Of a stretch of DNA of 45,824 nucleotides, positions 1-12,857 are shown in pieces. Numbering within the stretch: the first letter of the stretch is position 1; every line of letters begins with the position of its first letter. The stretch is from Octopus bimaculoides (taxonomy: Eukaryota). The notes beneath the pieces are model-generated. The model did not search any database, was not told the DNA's origin, and saw nothing but the letters and a program-made list of their open reading frames with translations. The stretch spans positions 107,355,114 through 107,400,937 of the forward strand of contig NC_068986.1 of assembly GCF_001194135.2 (NCBI RefSeq), written 5' to 3'. Both the position numbers and the translations under genes were made by a program.

Positions 1-99
1 TATATATATATATATATATTCATGTGTGTGTATGCGTGTGCATTATACTTTTGCAAGATGCCAGGTGAGATGGACTTCGAAGTTTCCGGTTCTTTCTCT

Positions 100-245
100 T
101 TATTTTCTGAGTTCAAATCATTCTGGTGCCAACTTTGCGTTTTTTCCTTTGGACTCGACGAAATAAAGTACATGTTAAGTACTCCGTCAATATCGACGAT
201 CAATCCCTCGCCCAAATTTCAGGGTTTGCAACGGTTGCCAAGAAA
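100..245 (+). mobile_element. SINE family A, degenerate partial copy
   Basis: ttctgagttcaaatc B-box followed by decayed family-A body (…cctttggactcgacgaaataaagtac…tatcgac…cccaaatttcagg…), aligned by eye to better copies such as 13327-13537. Confidence 0.6.
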
Positions 246-679
246 ATGTTATAACTATTATGAACATGAGGTCTAGGATTGTCAGTTTTTAACAGTATCT
301 AAGCCAATCAGAGTAAAAACAAAAAAGTTTCTCTGTAAGACTATAAAGATATACCAAGTGAGAAGTGACAATAGTCTAACCCGGTCAACTGTTCTATAAT
401 TGATCATATACACACACGCACACAGACATGCATATATATATTTTATATAAAATATTATATATATATATATATATTACATAAAATATTATATATACATAAG
501 CCATTCTATATGTATTTTATTAGAATATATATTTTCGCCTCCTGTGGTTTTATGCATATGTATTGTTTTTATGTGTTTGTAGACCTTGGTATTTTTATAT
601 ATGATTAAATGTTTGAGGGGTGGTGTTGTATGTAAAGTCGTTGACCCAAATTTAATGTTTATTCTATAATCAATGCTTC

Positions 680-682
<3 letters not shown>

Positions 683-723
<41 letters not shown>
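683..723. repeat. (TA)n microsatellite
   Basis: Directly visible dinucleotide run. Confidence 0.95.
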
Positions 724-727
<4 letters not shown>

Positions 728-1976
728 ATTTTACATAAAATAATATATACATTTGTTAAAAAGGAAAGCTAAACCATGTCAAAACCTCTCATTATTAAAA
801 ATTATTAAGCAATTTTTTAAGTCTTACAGCTGTTTCAAGGATATTCCAAGAACATGTGGAATATACCACCATCGGAGACAGATGGTAAGAAAGTGAGAGG
901 GTATAGATTATGGAAACGATGGAGAGATGTAGGAAAAAGAGAAATATATATATATAAAAGTTCACAGTTTAAGTTTCCGATTGTACAGGTGCTAATCCAT
1001 AAACCTTTAGGTAGAATCCAATGTGAATCTAGGTAAGATAATATTCCTCATATGGTAGAAACATACTTCCATGTCGAAGGTTCATAATGTAATATATAAT
1101 ATTTTAGATAAGATAAAGAATTCATATCCAGCATATATGAAACAAAACGTATGTCTCTCCCACGTAATCGCTATGCAAAAGTAACAATTATGATTAAAGA
1201 GTTTGTGTTGCCAACGATATACATATGCAGGTACTGTCACTTGAAGCTTTTGTTCTATGCGCCACTTCTAAAACTTCTAAAATATTCACACATCTTTAAA
1301 CTAGCTATAATTCAGCCTCGTATCACCCAACGAAGTATTAATAGATATAATAAAGCTCTACTCTTCGCGCATAAACAATGTGGTTTGTTAGTGGATTGTA
1401 TAGCGGTAAGCAATACAAATAGTACGTATTATAATCGATAATCATGGAGACAATACAAAAGATTTTTTATTTTGCTTTAGATTCGGGAATGTGTGAGTCA
1501 TAAAGAAAGAAATTGAAGTAATAAAGGAGTAAGCAGGAAAGATAGATTATGTGGGTATTTCTTTAACAGCATTCTATAGATGTATGATACACAAGTTGAT
1601 ACTTTCGAAGTAGAGAGTGAGCCTCTTGAATGGCGAATAAACGAACTAGTTGTAATTTTCTATTTTACTATTGTTAAGGGGTTTAGGTGAATTTGCACAC
1701 TTATTTTATATGGCACTGAACATGGAATATAACACACTATCTTCTTATATAGCCTTTAAAATTTGTGGTGAAGATCACACACATAGCAGAATTCTTAGAG
1801 TCGTTTCGCGTAATGCTTTTCATTACGGATATGATCCGATCAGGTTTCAACCTTGACCATCACATTTTAATTTCATAGACGTTCAATATAAATCTACTCT
1901 ATCCAGAGCTACACTATCAGGTGAGACTTTAATTTTTAAAGATGGAAAGGAATTCGTGACAGGTTTGGTTGCTATT

Positions 1977-2790
1977 GTGAAAGCGCCTGGCCTAGTGGTT
2001 AGGGTGTTACACTCACGATCGTAAGACGGTCGTTTCGATTCCCGGACGCGAAATTTTTTTCCCCAAGAGAGTTCCGCAATCCATTTATGAACGCATTTGC
2101 ATGCACCAATCAGAGCTCAACTATCAAACTAGCTTATGAACGCATAACAATTGTTGGGCGATAAGATAGGGTCACTTGGGTAAGGAATGACCATGCTTCC
2201 TTTTCTCTTTTGATAATACTTGTTGTTCTTGTTCTTGTTTCAACCATGGTTGCCTCTGCATAGTTATTTGTATATTTGTGTTATTTGCTTTGTAAAACAG
2301 TAAGGAGTTGCTAGCACCTCACCATCTACCCACATTTTTCCCATCCACATCTTTACCATATGAGGCCCTAACAAAATCCAATAATAAGTATCGATGCAAA
2401 TCTATCTAATTGTCTCCTAAAATCAGGCCTAATTTGGCGATCGGTCGACTTACAACACCATTCTTCGTCTTGAGTTTACTTAGTAGAGTATGTTAACTTG
2501 ACAGCAACGTCAAGGGGAGCTCTGATTGGCTGTATGCAAATGAGTTCATTACTGGGGTCCGGAACTCCTGTGGGGAAAAAATTCGCTTTCCAGACCGGGT
2601 GGTTGGGTGTGCTCTTGAGCAAAGTACTTTATTGCACGTTGTTCCGGTTCACTCAATTGTAAATGAGTGACCTTGCCATGGATTGATATCCCGCTCAGAG
2701 GGAATGTTGTGGTCCCGGTGTCTTATACACCGTGGAAACTTGGTAACCGTCTCTGTGAGACCTACGACTCAACAGTACTTACTTTTACAT
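1977..2790 (+). mobile_element. SINE family D (tRNA head + CORE-like central domain), split by a MITE at 2048-2586
   Basis: Head gtgaaagcgcctggcctagtggttaggg…gtttcgattcccggac (1977-2047) resumes at 2596 as cgggtggttgggtgtgctcttgagcaaagtactttattgcacgttgttccggttcactc; the rejoined sequence matches the reverse complement of 21085-21213. Confidence 0.8.
2048..2586. mobile_element. Non-autonomous DNA transposon (MITE) with ~70 bp TIRs, Mutator-like 9-bp TSD
   Basis: 2048-2118 is about 80% identical to the reverse complement of 2517-2586; flanks ttcccggac (2039-2047) and tttccagac (2587-2595); no internal ORF. Confidence 0.8.
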
Positions 2791-2837
2791 TGGTTGCTAT
2801 GTCTAGCAGGTCAAGCAATCACATAGAATGGATGTGT

Positions 2838-3211
2838 GATGGCACTCCGTCGCTTACGACGTCGAGGGTTCCAACTGATCCAATCAACGGAACAGCCTGC
2901 TCGTGAAATTAACGTGCAAGTAGCTGAGTACTCCATAGACACGTGTACCCTTAACGTAGTTCTCGGGGATATTCAGCGTGACACAAGGCTGACCCTTTGA
3001 ATTACAGGCACAACAGAAACAGGAAGTAAGAGCGAGAGAAAGTTGTGGTGAAAGAGTACAGCAGAGTTCGCCACCATACCCTGCCGGAGCCTCGTAGAGC
3101 TTTTAGGTGTTTTCGCTCAATAAACACTCACAACGCCCGGTCTGGGAATCGAAACCGCGATCCTATGACCGCGAGTCCGCTGCCCTAACCACTGGACCAT
3201 TGCGCCTCCAC
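2838..3211 (-). mobile_element. SINE family C, full length (tRNA-derived head)
   Basis: Minus-strand head tggaggcgcaatggtccagtggttagggcagcggactcgcggtcataggatcgcggtttcgattcccag with A and B boxes; homologous to 16672-17028 and 36864-37249; probable TSD agaatggatgtgt (2825-2837) / agaacggatgtgt (3212-3224). Confidence 0.9.
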
Positions 3212-4219
3212 AGAACGGATGTGTACATGCCACACAATTCGCCGTGATTTGATGAGGATTATTATTTGAATTTTAAGCAGTAAGTATTATCTTTGTATTA
3301 AAAACATCGTCAGTTAAATCACTGAGGTAAAGATATGAGATTAGGACTGATAACTAATCATTGAAGTCCATTCTGAGAAAAACCAACTAATGCATTTTAC
3401 TTGGAGGTGTTCTATCTGAAATCTTCCAAACAATTTTATTAACAATATGTAAGTCTATAGGGTGACGGTTTAACAGGATAATATTACTTTGGAACTGAAT
3501 TAGTGGACCGAACTTTGAAATTAAGAACAGCAAGTGACATTTTGTGCGCGATGTCGGAAACAAGATATCATAGCAAAAATTTACGCTAGTGATCACCGAG
3601 AGAATGTTAAAGCAAATAATTATCTCCTTCACTTTAGAAATGTTAAATTATAGGGCAAGTGATAGGTACAGAGATATTGCGCTTGCTAGTGATTTAAGAC
3701 ATATAGTTAGTTTCAATATCTCAGGTTAGTTCCCAGCAGAGAAAGACATAGAAAGATGGACAGAACTAAAGAGAGAGAGAGAAATGGAGTGTGGGATAGA
3801 ACTTTATTCTGACAGAAGCAATCTGTTTGTTTCAGTTGACCGAAATATCTTCCACGAAACTGAGAAATATCTGATATTTACAAAAGCTTTATAACTTAAC
3901 CTTCGCTCATGTTTCTGATTCAGATAAAATTTATAAAGCAATATTTAGTTTTCATATGACTAACAAATCTAGTTTCATTTATATCTTCCTACTTTCCCAA
4001 TAACTATTAAAAACCAACTTTCAATATTTTATTCCTCTTAGCTTAATTCCATCTAAACTTTTGTTTCTAAAATTCCTCACCATCTTTAAAATATTATATA
4101 CCTATAATGCACATGAGTGTTATTTTATATCAAATATTAAACATACGCAGTTTATTACCTCTGGTGTAAATGCAACTATATTACACCTGACAAACTGTCA
4201 AACACTAAAGATAAATATA

Positions 4220-4251
4220 TGTATATGTATGTGTGTATGCATGTATATATG

Positions 4252-4293
<42 letters not shown>

Positions 4294-4294
4294 C

Positions 4295-4326
<32 letters not shown>

Positions 4327-4462
4327 TCCAGTTTTCTACATTAATTTGTATTTGTTTTCTCATTTTCTTATATTCATTGCTCATCATTTTTGTCCATCTC
4401 TTTTGTTTCACCTCCTCTTTGTACACTCTCTTCAACCACTCTCTTCTCTTCGTTCACACGGT

Positions 4463-4512
<50 letters not shown>

Positions 4513-4717
4513 CGCGCGCGCGTGTGTGTGCGTGTGTGTTATTTTTTCTTTCATTAACTCCATTCACCGATACGGCATAATATGCGTTATTCTACAATTA
4601 CAAAACCATACAGAAGTCTGTTTCGGAGTAAACACGTGCATTTCACACCGACACATACATATATCAATGTATATCCTCACAGCAATAATCACTTACACAC
4701 ACACACACACAAACACA

Positions 4718-4749
<32 letters not shown>

Positions 4750-4805
4750 TGCACGCACACACACACACAGAAGCACACATACATTAGCACGCATATATAC
4801 ACACT
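4220..4805. repeat. Compound (TA)n/(GT)n/(CG)n/(CA)n microsatellite field
   Basis: Visible runs; these explain the overlapping YI/CV/HT ORFs at 4061-4911. Confidence 0.9.
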
Positions 4806-6310
4806 CATTCCTGTTAACAGTATTCCAATCAGATTTAAAACTTTTCTTCTAATTAGTTTTTCGATTCCAACACTACCCGTTTTTCCTTCCAAATGCAATT
4901 CCGATAGCTAACCAAATGGAAATTTCATGATATTTTGGTACTAAACACCCTCCAGCAACATTTTCTGCTTCTTCTTCTTTCACAACCATTCTAATGCAGT
5001 CAATAGTTTATATATTCATACACACAACAACAATTGAATCTATGCATTGTATGAATATAAACATTATGTACATATTATCTATGTATTAATGTGCTTAATA
5101 NNNNNNNNNNNNNNNNNNNNNNNNNNNNNNNNNNNNNNNNNNNNNNNNNNNNNNNNNNNNNNNNNNNNNNNNNNNNNNNNNNNNNNNNNNNNNNNNNNNN
5201 NNNNNNNNNNNNNNNNNNNNNNNNNNNNNNNNNNNNNNNNNNNNNNNNNNNNNNNNNNNNNNNNNNNNNNNNNNNNNNNNNNNNNNNNNNNNNNNNNNNN
5301 NNNNNNNNNNNNNNNNNNNNNNNNNNNNNNNNNNNNNNNNNNNNNNNNNNNNNNNNNNNNNNNNNNNNNNNNNNNNNNNNNNNNNNNNNNNNNNNNNNNN
5401 NNNNNNNNNNNNNNNNNNNNNNNNNNNNNNNNNNNNNNNNNNNNNNNNNNNNNNNNNNNTATTTTTCTCCTTTTCTCTAACATTTTTCTCGTTTTCTGCA
5501 TTTGTCTTCCTTTCTTTCACCTTTTCTTTCTCACTTTTTCTTTGTTTCTCTACAATTGTTGTCTGCCTTCCATTCTCATTTCTTTTATCTATAAATATTG
5601 TGTTATGGTATTAATTTTTTTTGTCCTATTTTTTTTTTTACTGCAGAAAAGTAAACTTACTTTAAATTGTTATTTACGCAAATATATAAATAAATAAATA
5701 AATGAATAAATAAATAAATAATAACTTTGCTACCATTTCCACTTTTTTTTTACTTTCTTGTTTCTTTTTTCTTTTTCCATTTTTTTTTATTTACTGTTTT
5801 GACTTTTTGTATGATATACAAACAGAGAGGCAAAAAACAGTTGGTATAAAATTGTGAAAGAAAGCGCAAACGTTGTTGTGGTTAATACTATGCTGTATAT
5901 TTAGGATTTCAATTAAAATCTCGCTTATGTATCCACTGCCTGTTCGATACCAAGAAACAAAGAATGCAAATATCAAAACCGTCTCTTCTCTGCGTTTTCA
6001 GTTTACACACACACAAACCAATAATCCTCATATCTTGTTGCTGCCTCAAACCAGATACTGTTTCTCCATACAATTGCTGTGCACTTTTTCCAGGAAACAA
6101 TATTTAGTTTTAACGATTGTATGTATGAGTAAATATATTGGTAGGACAAGATGCACATTGAAATTATGAATATGCGAGAGTTGATCGATAGCCAGGCTAC
6201 TGATTAGCAGGAGAAACGATGTATTTATAGATACTAAATGTCACTTTGTAAAATGTTCAATTTACTCCTTTACAGCTTATATGAAATGAAACCGTAGAAT
6301 CGTAGAACCG

Positions 6311-6312
<2 letters not shown>

Positions 6313-6353
<41 letters not shown>
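6313..6353. repeat. (TA)n microsatellite
   Basis: Visible run. Confidence 0.95.
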
Positions 6354-6356
<3 letters not shown>

Positions 6357-6357
6357 C

Positions 6358-6472
6358 TGACTCCATCGACCGGACTATCGGATGTGGTTACACGCTTCTG
6401 GTCACAATGCGCCTCGTTGCAATGTTGCAGTCTTCAAATGATGCCATCCCGCTGGCTAGGCGGACAGGCCAA
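6358..6472 (-). mobile_element. Probable SINE 3'-region fragment
   Basis: GC-rich CpG-containing block ending in (TA)n on the minus strand; resembles a recurrent octopus repeat tail from memory; no second copy in the window. Confidence 0.4.
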
Positions 6473-6903
6473 TATATATCCCTGTGCGCGCGCGCGCGCG
6501 TCTCTGTCTGTGCATATGTCTCTGTGTGTCTGTGCTTGCATGCATGTTAACACATATAGAAATCTATTTGACGACATAATTTTAAGCCATATATGTGCGT
6601 GTGTATGAATACATACACGCATACATACATGCATACGTGTAGGTATATATTAACACGCTTGCACGAAGATGCACATGCACAAACGCAACTGCGTGCAAAC
6701 TCACAATCACACACACACACGCACACCCATACATACACACACATGAGACAACGTGCTGAAAAAGAAGACAAAACGGGAAGGAGATTTTGAACAAAAAGTC
6801 GTATTAGTTTAATACTTAAGAGGAAAGGAATAAGTATTGACATTTCGGACATTAGTCCTTCATCATTACTCCTATAGTAAAAAGGTATATTATTAATTTA
6901 ATC

Positions 6904-7116
6904 AAGGAGGTGAACTGGCATAATCGTTAGCCACCGTACAAAATCGGTATTTCGTCCGTTCTCACATACTGAGTTCAAATACCACCAAGATCGACATTAT
7001 CTTTCTTTCTTTCGGAGTCGATCAAATAAGTACCGGTATAGCAGTGGGGTCGATGGAATTGATTTAACCCAGTCCACGGACTTGTGGACTTGTGCCAGAA
7101 ATTTGAAGCCAATATT
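6904..7116 (+). mobile_element. SINE family A, full length, diverged
   Basis: aaggaggtgaactggcataatcgttagc head, gagttcaaatacc B-box, ataagtacc…ggggtcgat core, cttgtgccagaaatttgaagccaatatt tail. Confidence 0.85.
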
Positions 7117-7494
7117 TGTAATTAATCACTAGTTGCAATAACTTTTTTATTCTTTTATAGTTCTCTAGTTAATTGTCTGAATCGGCGTGCAGCATTCAAG
7201 TGTTTTGATCTCTAATATTAGTAGCAGTAGTTAAAACAACTTGGTTTCTTTACTTTTAGTTCTAAGGAAATTTTAAGTCATCCCTCGTCACAAAATCTAA
7301 TTTAATTGGCAGCGTTGTGTGTCAAACTCATCAATATAAACACAAACTTTTGCCCTTTCATATTTTCTTCTCCTTTTATATGAAGTGCAAACAGAAGAGC
7401 AAAGAACGAAAAGACATGATGCAAACATTATGACAACCATGTGTTTAGGTTTATATAATGCTTCAGCATCCTTTCTGTCTCTCAAATTTTGCTT

Positions 7495-7570
7495 ACTATG
7501 TAACAGTGCCCCACAATGATATCGAACCCGAAACCTTGTGCTTACAAAATTAACTTCTTTAACACACAGA
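7495..7570 (-). mobile_element. Highly degenerate family-B-like SINE head
   Basis: gtgccccacaatgatatcgaacccgaaaccttgtg resembles ggtgccacgcagtgggactgaacccggaaccatgtg of family B. Confidence 0.4.
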
Positions 7571-7800
7571 TTTGCCTCGAAAATGAAATAATGGTAATAA
7601 GTGATAAAGATTAAGTTGTGTCTGGAGAGAATCATTCTGCCTTGATGTCTGACGAACTCACCAGTTCAATTTTATAGTTTATTTTTCGTATTTTTTTCTT
7701 CTCCAAAATTTCCGCTGCTTTTACAACCTCGTCAATGGATGTTGACTGCCTGCTTTATTGGAGCTGCGTTCCTTTTGCCTGTTTGGGTGCATGTGTGTTA

Positions 7801-8024
7801 TTTCTTTACTACCCACAAGGGGCTACACACAGAAGGGACAAACAAGGACAGACAAACGGATTAAGTGGATAATACCGACCCCAGTGCGTAACTGGTACTT
7901 ATTTAATCGACCCCGAAAGGATGAAAGGCAAAGTCGACCTCGGCGGAATTTGAACTCAGAACATAGCGGCAGACGAAATACCGTTAAGCATTTCGACCGG
8001 CGCGCTAACGTTTCTGCCAGCTCG
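7801..8024 (-). mobile_element. SINE family A with alternative 3' tail
   Basis: Well-conserved head and core (cgaccccgaaaggatgaaaggcaaagtcgacctcggcggaatttgaactcag); tail shared with 23715-23947. Confidence 0.92.
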
Positions 8025-8885
8025 TGTGTGCGCCAGCGTGCATGTGTACTTGTGTATGCATATATGTATGTATGTATCTATGTATATATGTATGTATGTA
8101 TACATGTATGTACATATGTAAGCATATGTGTGCGTGTGTATACATATAAGTATGCATGTGTGCNNNNNNNNNNNNNNNNNNNNNNNNNNNNNNNNNNNNN
8201 NNNNNNNNNNNNNNNNNNNNNNNNNNNNNNNNNNNNNNNNNNNNNNNNNNNNNNNNNNNNNNNNNNNNNNNNNNNNNNNNNNNNNNNNNNNNNNNNNNNN
8301 NNNNNNNNNNNNNNNNNNNNNNNNNNNNNNNNNNNNNNNNNNNNNNNNNNNNNNNNNNNNNNNNNNNNNNNNNNNNNNNNNNNNNNNNNNNNNNNNNNNN
8401 NNNNNNNNNNNNNNNNNNNNNNNNNNNNNNNNNNNNNNNNNNNNNNNNNNNNNNNNNNNNNNNNNNNNNNNNNNNNNNNNNNNNNNNNNNNNNNNNNNNN
8501 NNNNNNNNNNNNNNNNNNNNNNNNNNNNNNNNNNNNNNNNNNNNNNTATGTATATATATATATATATATATTTGCCTACTAAAGTTAAGAATCAAATGTG
8601 TTTTTTTAGATTACAATTCCAGACTTTCTAATTATAATATTGAAGCTATGATCTTTTACTGAAAATCGCTTCTAAACTAGTTGAGTCTCTTTTGGATTCT
8701 CAACACTACTCTAATCAACAGATGCGTATGTAACTTGCAGATAAATCAAAAATATTTATCAATGACGACAGCTTCTAGAGTCATTAAACATTAAAAAAGT
8801 ACTAGACGACATCCAGCCAAGCTGTTTGAAAATATATGTTCTCTGTGATGAGCGAACACTTTAAACTTTCGTTTCGTCTATATAT

Positions 8886-9199
8886 TGGCGCAGTCGTGGT
8901 TGCTTCCCAACTACATGATTCCAGGTTCAGTCCATGTGTAGCAAGTGTTTTCTACTCTAGCCTCGGGCTGATCAAAGCCTTGTGAATAGATTTGGTAGCC
9001 GGAAACGTGTATGTGTGTATGTGTGTGTGTGTCACAAACGCTTGAAAACCGGTGTTGGTGTGTTTATGTCCCCTGTAACTAAACCATTCGGCAAAAGATA
9101 CCGATACAAGAAGTACCTGTTTTTAAAAAAATATAAGTCCTGATGTCCTTTCGTTCGACTAAAATTCTTCAATCCGAGGACTCAAAGAAATAAAAGATA
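8886..9199 (+). mobile_element. SINE family B, diverged, internally deleted
   Basis: Collinear with 9424-9817: ccaggttcagtcc, gcaagtgttttctac, internal (GT)n, gttcggcaaaagataccgat, taaaagata tail. Confidence 0.8.
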
Positions 9200-9423
9200 T
9201 GCATAATGGATGCAAAAAAACACCGTCGAATTTGTCGTTCACACTCTTTCTAAAATATTATCATTCATTAATTTTATACTTTTTACAATTCTCTGTATGT
9301 TCTAGTGTTGAACAGACATAATCTTGTCTACATATGAGATTTACCATTCTGATGTCAAAGCCCTTATACTATCAAATTTATGCCTATTCAACAGCAGAAA
9401 TTATTTTTAAAAATTAAGAGATA

Positions 9424-9817
9424 GGCGCAGGAGTGGCTGCGTGGTAAGAAGCTTGCTTACCAACCACATGGCCCCGAGTTCAGTCCCATTGCGTGGCACC
9501 TTGGGAAAATGTCTTCTACTATAGCTTTGGGTCGTCCGAAGCCTTGTGAGTGGATTTGGTAGACGGAAACTGCAAGAAGCCCGTCGTATATGTATATATA
9601 TGTATATGTATGTGTGTGTATGTATTTGTGTGTCTGTTTGTCTCCCCAACATCGCTTGACAACTGATGCTAGTGTGTTTACGTCTCCGTAACTTAGCGGT
9701 TCGGTAAAAGACACCGATAGAATACGTACTAGGCTTACAAGGAATAAGCACTGAGGTCGATTTGCTCGACTAAAGGCGGTGCTCCAGCATGGCCGGAGTC
9801 AAATGACTGAAACAAGT
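9424..9817 (+). mobile_element. SINE family B, near full length (tRNA head, internal TA/GT microsatellite, RTE-like tail)
   Basis: ggcgcaggagtggctgcgtggtaag…gagttcagtccc head; ends ccagcatggccggagtcaaatgactgaaacaagt; closely matches 22952-23431. Confidence 0.93.
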
Positions 9818-9924
9818 CGGCCCGATGCTATAGTCGAAGACACTTGCCCAAGGTGCTACGCAGTGGGACTGAATCCGGGACCATGTGGTTGGTAAGCAAG
9901 CTACTTACCACACAGCCACTCCTG
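9818..9924 (-). mobile_element. SINE family B head only, inverted against the adjacent copy
   Basis: Reverse complement aligns to 9428-9534 with about 13 mismatches in 107 nt. Confidence 0.92.
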
Positions 9925-10499
9925 TTCATAGTATATATATTCTGTGAATAATTTCGTAGTTTAAATTTACAGAATAAATTTATATTTGTTAAAATATATT
10001 TTGAACAAATACGAATTTTGCTCAGGCATGTGATGTCAACGAAGATGATGAGGGAAGTTAAAAGATTATGTCTCAATAAAAAACAAAACAAGAAAGTGGG
10101 ATTCAATAAGAAATGCGAGAGGGAAAAACGGTTTCTAGAAATCGTGAATTTACGAGCAACCGCACCTAGAAAACTATTTAAGTAACAAATACTTATAAAA
10201 TATTATAAACTTAAAATTATCGATTTACTTCGTTAGCATTAATTAATTGCCCAAGCATTCATACCTGTATTCACAGGCACAAATACACTTTCTGATAGTA
10301 AGACAAATAAACGTAATTATATGGGGTTATACAGTGCTATATACACACTGGCATCGGATATAAAATATAATTGATTGAAAGAACAGCAAGAAAGATAACA
10401 ATAGAAATGAGCTTGGGAAAGCAAAATCAAACAAAACCGAGGTATATTTATACAATGCAGGGTAGGGAATGAATACATAGTAATTATTATTTCATAAGA

Positions 10500-10559
10500 T
10501 GTGATGCCCCAGCATGGCCGCAGCCTCAAGGCTGAAGCATATAATAGAATAAAAGAATA
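10500..10559 (+). mobile_element. SINE family B 3' tail fragment (5'-truncated)
   Basis: gatgccccagcatggccgcagcctcaaggctgaagcat…agaataaaagaata matches the family-B 3' end. Confidence 0.65.
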
Positions 10560-11509
10560 CGCCCCAACTTCCAATAACTCTACCTTCCATTCCACTTCAC
10601 TGTTTGCTTTTCAAGTACACTTTCAGTGGATTAATATTATCCGACGAAAATCTCTACCAGTTAGATCGTATTTAATTCTCGGATTTTATTCCATATACCT
10701 CTAAACTTATTATCTCTAAACTTATTATCACCATCTCAATTGCAGCTATCAGATAGAATCATAACACTTTAGAACATGAGTTGTTGAATGCTATATTCAT
10801 TAAATCATTGTTATGGTAACTACGAATAAATTATCCTTTCGTTCTACTTTGCTTTTCCACAACTAGCTTCTGTGTTTTTCCGTAGGAAACTGTTCACTAA
10901 ATTCCTATTTTTCAACAGAAGAACAAATGTTGTCCACATCCCGCCATTCTCACTTCATAAGGCACTATTCAAATTAATATTTCTTGGCAACAACAATAGA
11001 TAATACAATAGACAATATCCGGTAAAACAGTTGCTTGGAATTTCTGAAGTATGTGTTTGTTTTATTTAAACAGGAATGAAGATATATAAGCAATTCCATT
11101 GATTTTTGGCTTCGAATCTCACCACGCTTTTCTTTTCTGTGAGGTTTTATTCTGTTTGAAAAAGGAATGCTTAGTGTTACCGTTAGTTTTTATTCATCAA
11201 CCTAAATTGATTAAAAACGGCCAATAGAGAAATACACGGATAATATCAATAAATATTGAAAACTTATTGATAGGAAAATTAATAAAGTTTCCCGTCAACT
11301 AAAATTATCAAGTGTAATTAAATAACCTATACTGTATGAGAATTATGATTGTCTGAAATATGAGAGGATTATCTATGAATGGTTCTGCGTATTACGTATG
11401 TAAATAATAGGCTTATGTGCGTGTATGTGTGTGTATTCAAGTACATGCATATATATATATATATATACACCTAAGTATATATACATATATGAATATGTAC
11501 TTATACAGT

Positions 11510-11552
11510 AATAATAATAAAGATAATGATAATAATAATAATAATAATAATA
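11510..11552. repeat. (AAT)n microsatellite
   Basis: Visible imperfect run. Confidence 0.9.
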
Positions 11553-11719
11553 ACGTTATTAGACACACTATGCGTATGAGAGGGCTGGTCAGTGTCAATA
11601 CGAAATATCATTTTCATTTCGATTAAAGCAATATAATAGAGATAATCCTCTTATTTACGGAGATGTACTTGCATAGCAAGTGACTTGATTTGAGATCGTG
11701 TGCACGGAGCATATATATG

Positions 11720-11764
<45 letters not shown>

Positions 11765-11785
11765 NNNNNNNNNNNNNNNNNNNNN

Positions 11786-11793
11786 CTTTTATT

Positions 11794-11833
<40 letters not shown>

Positions 11834-12125
11834 ATGAGAATGTTTGTCTGTCTGTGTGTCAGTGTAAATCCCTAAAACTTGAGAACTACGCAACCAATGT
11901 CATTCAAATTTTACACATGCCTTACTTAGGGTCCATGTAGTGTCATAGGCCCTAAAAAGTTTTAATTTCTTGCCTAGTGCGAGCCCAGAGCAATATCATA
12001 TCTTCTCCACTATTTCAATATTAAGTGTCAAAAGTGAAACAATAACATCTCTCTATTGTAATGTCAGATAGTTTCACTTTCATAGTTTCACTTTAAAACT
12101 AAAACTATTAAATTGAAACTATTAT
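11786..12125 (+). mobile_element. Probable non-autonomous Helitron-like element, 5' portion
   Basis: tctt(ta)n-aaagatgagaatgtttgtctgtctg…aaaacttgagaactacgcaaccaatgtcattcaaattttacacatg follows the TC(TA)nAAAG-GTTTGT-…ACTAC..AACC.ATTT.AT.AAATTT pattern of animal Helitron-N 5' ends; 3' extent uncertain (gap at 12216). Confidence 0.5.
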
Positions 12126-12768
12126 CTCACATATATACAGGCATACGTACATATATACATAATATATATATACGTATGTATGTATGTATATATACATATA
12201 TATACAAATATATATNNNNNNNNNNNNNNNNNNNNNNNNNNNNNNNNNNNNNNNNNNNNNNNNNNNNNNNNNNNNNNNNNNNNNNNNNNNNNNNNNNNNN
12301 NNNNNNNNNNNNNNNNNNNNNNNNNNNNNNNNNNNNNNNNNNNNNNNNNNNNNNNNNNNNNNNNNNNNNNNNNNNNNNNNNNNNNNNNNNNNNNNNNNNN
12401 NNNNNNNNNNNNNNNNNNNNNNNNNNNNNNNNNNNNNNNNNNNNNNNNNNNNNNNNNNNNNNNNNNNNNNNNNNNNNNNNNNNNNNNNNNNNNNNNNNNN
12501 NNNNNNNNNNNNNNNNNNNNNNNNNNNNNNNNNNNNNNNNNNNNNNNNNNNNNNNNNNNNNNNNNNNNNNNNNNNNNNNNNNNNNNNNNNNNNNNNNNNN
12601 NNNNNNNNNNNNNNNNNNNNNNNNNNNNNNNNNNNNNNNNNNNNNNNNNNNNNNNNNNNNNNNNNNNNNNNNNNNNNNNNNNNNNNNNNNNNNNNNNNNN
12701 NNNNNNNNNNNNNNNNNNNNNNNNNNNNNNNNNNNNNNNNNNNNNNNNNNNNNNNNNNNNNNNNNNNN

Positions 12769-12792
12769 TCTGTCTGTCTGTCTGTATCTCTC

Positions 12793-12857
<65 letters not shown>

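Noticed and set aside
1151-1441. 96-aa ORF with a possible cag|gtactg donor
   Set aside because: No recognisable homology, AT-rich, no supporting acceptor or neighbouring exons
3130-3211. Genuine tRNA genes in SINE heads (also 21135-21213, 37175-37249)
   Set aside because: Each continues into a SINE body shared among copies; tRNA-derived heads, not tRNAs
4295-4800. (GT)n versus (CA)n inverted complementarity and (CG)n Z-DNA potential
   Set aside because: Expected by chance at this microsatellite density; not specific to this locus
4061-4911. 263-aa and overlapping ORFs rich in YI/CV/HT
   Set aside because: Translations of (TA)n, (GT)n and (CA)n runs, which lack stops in most frames
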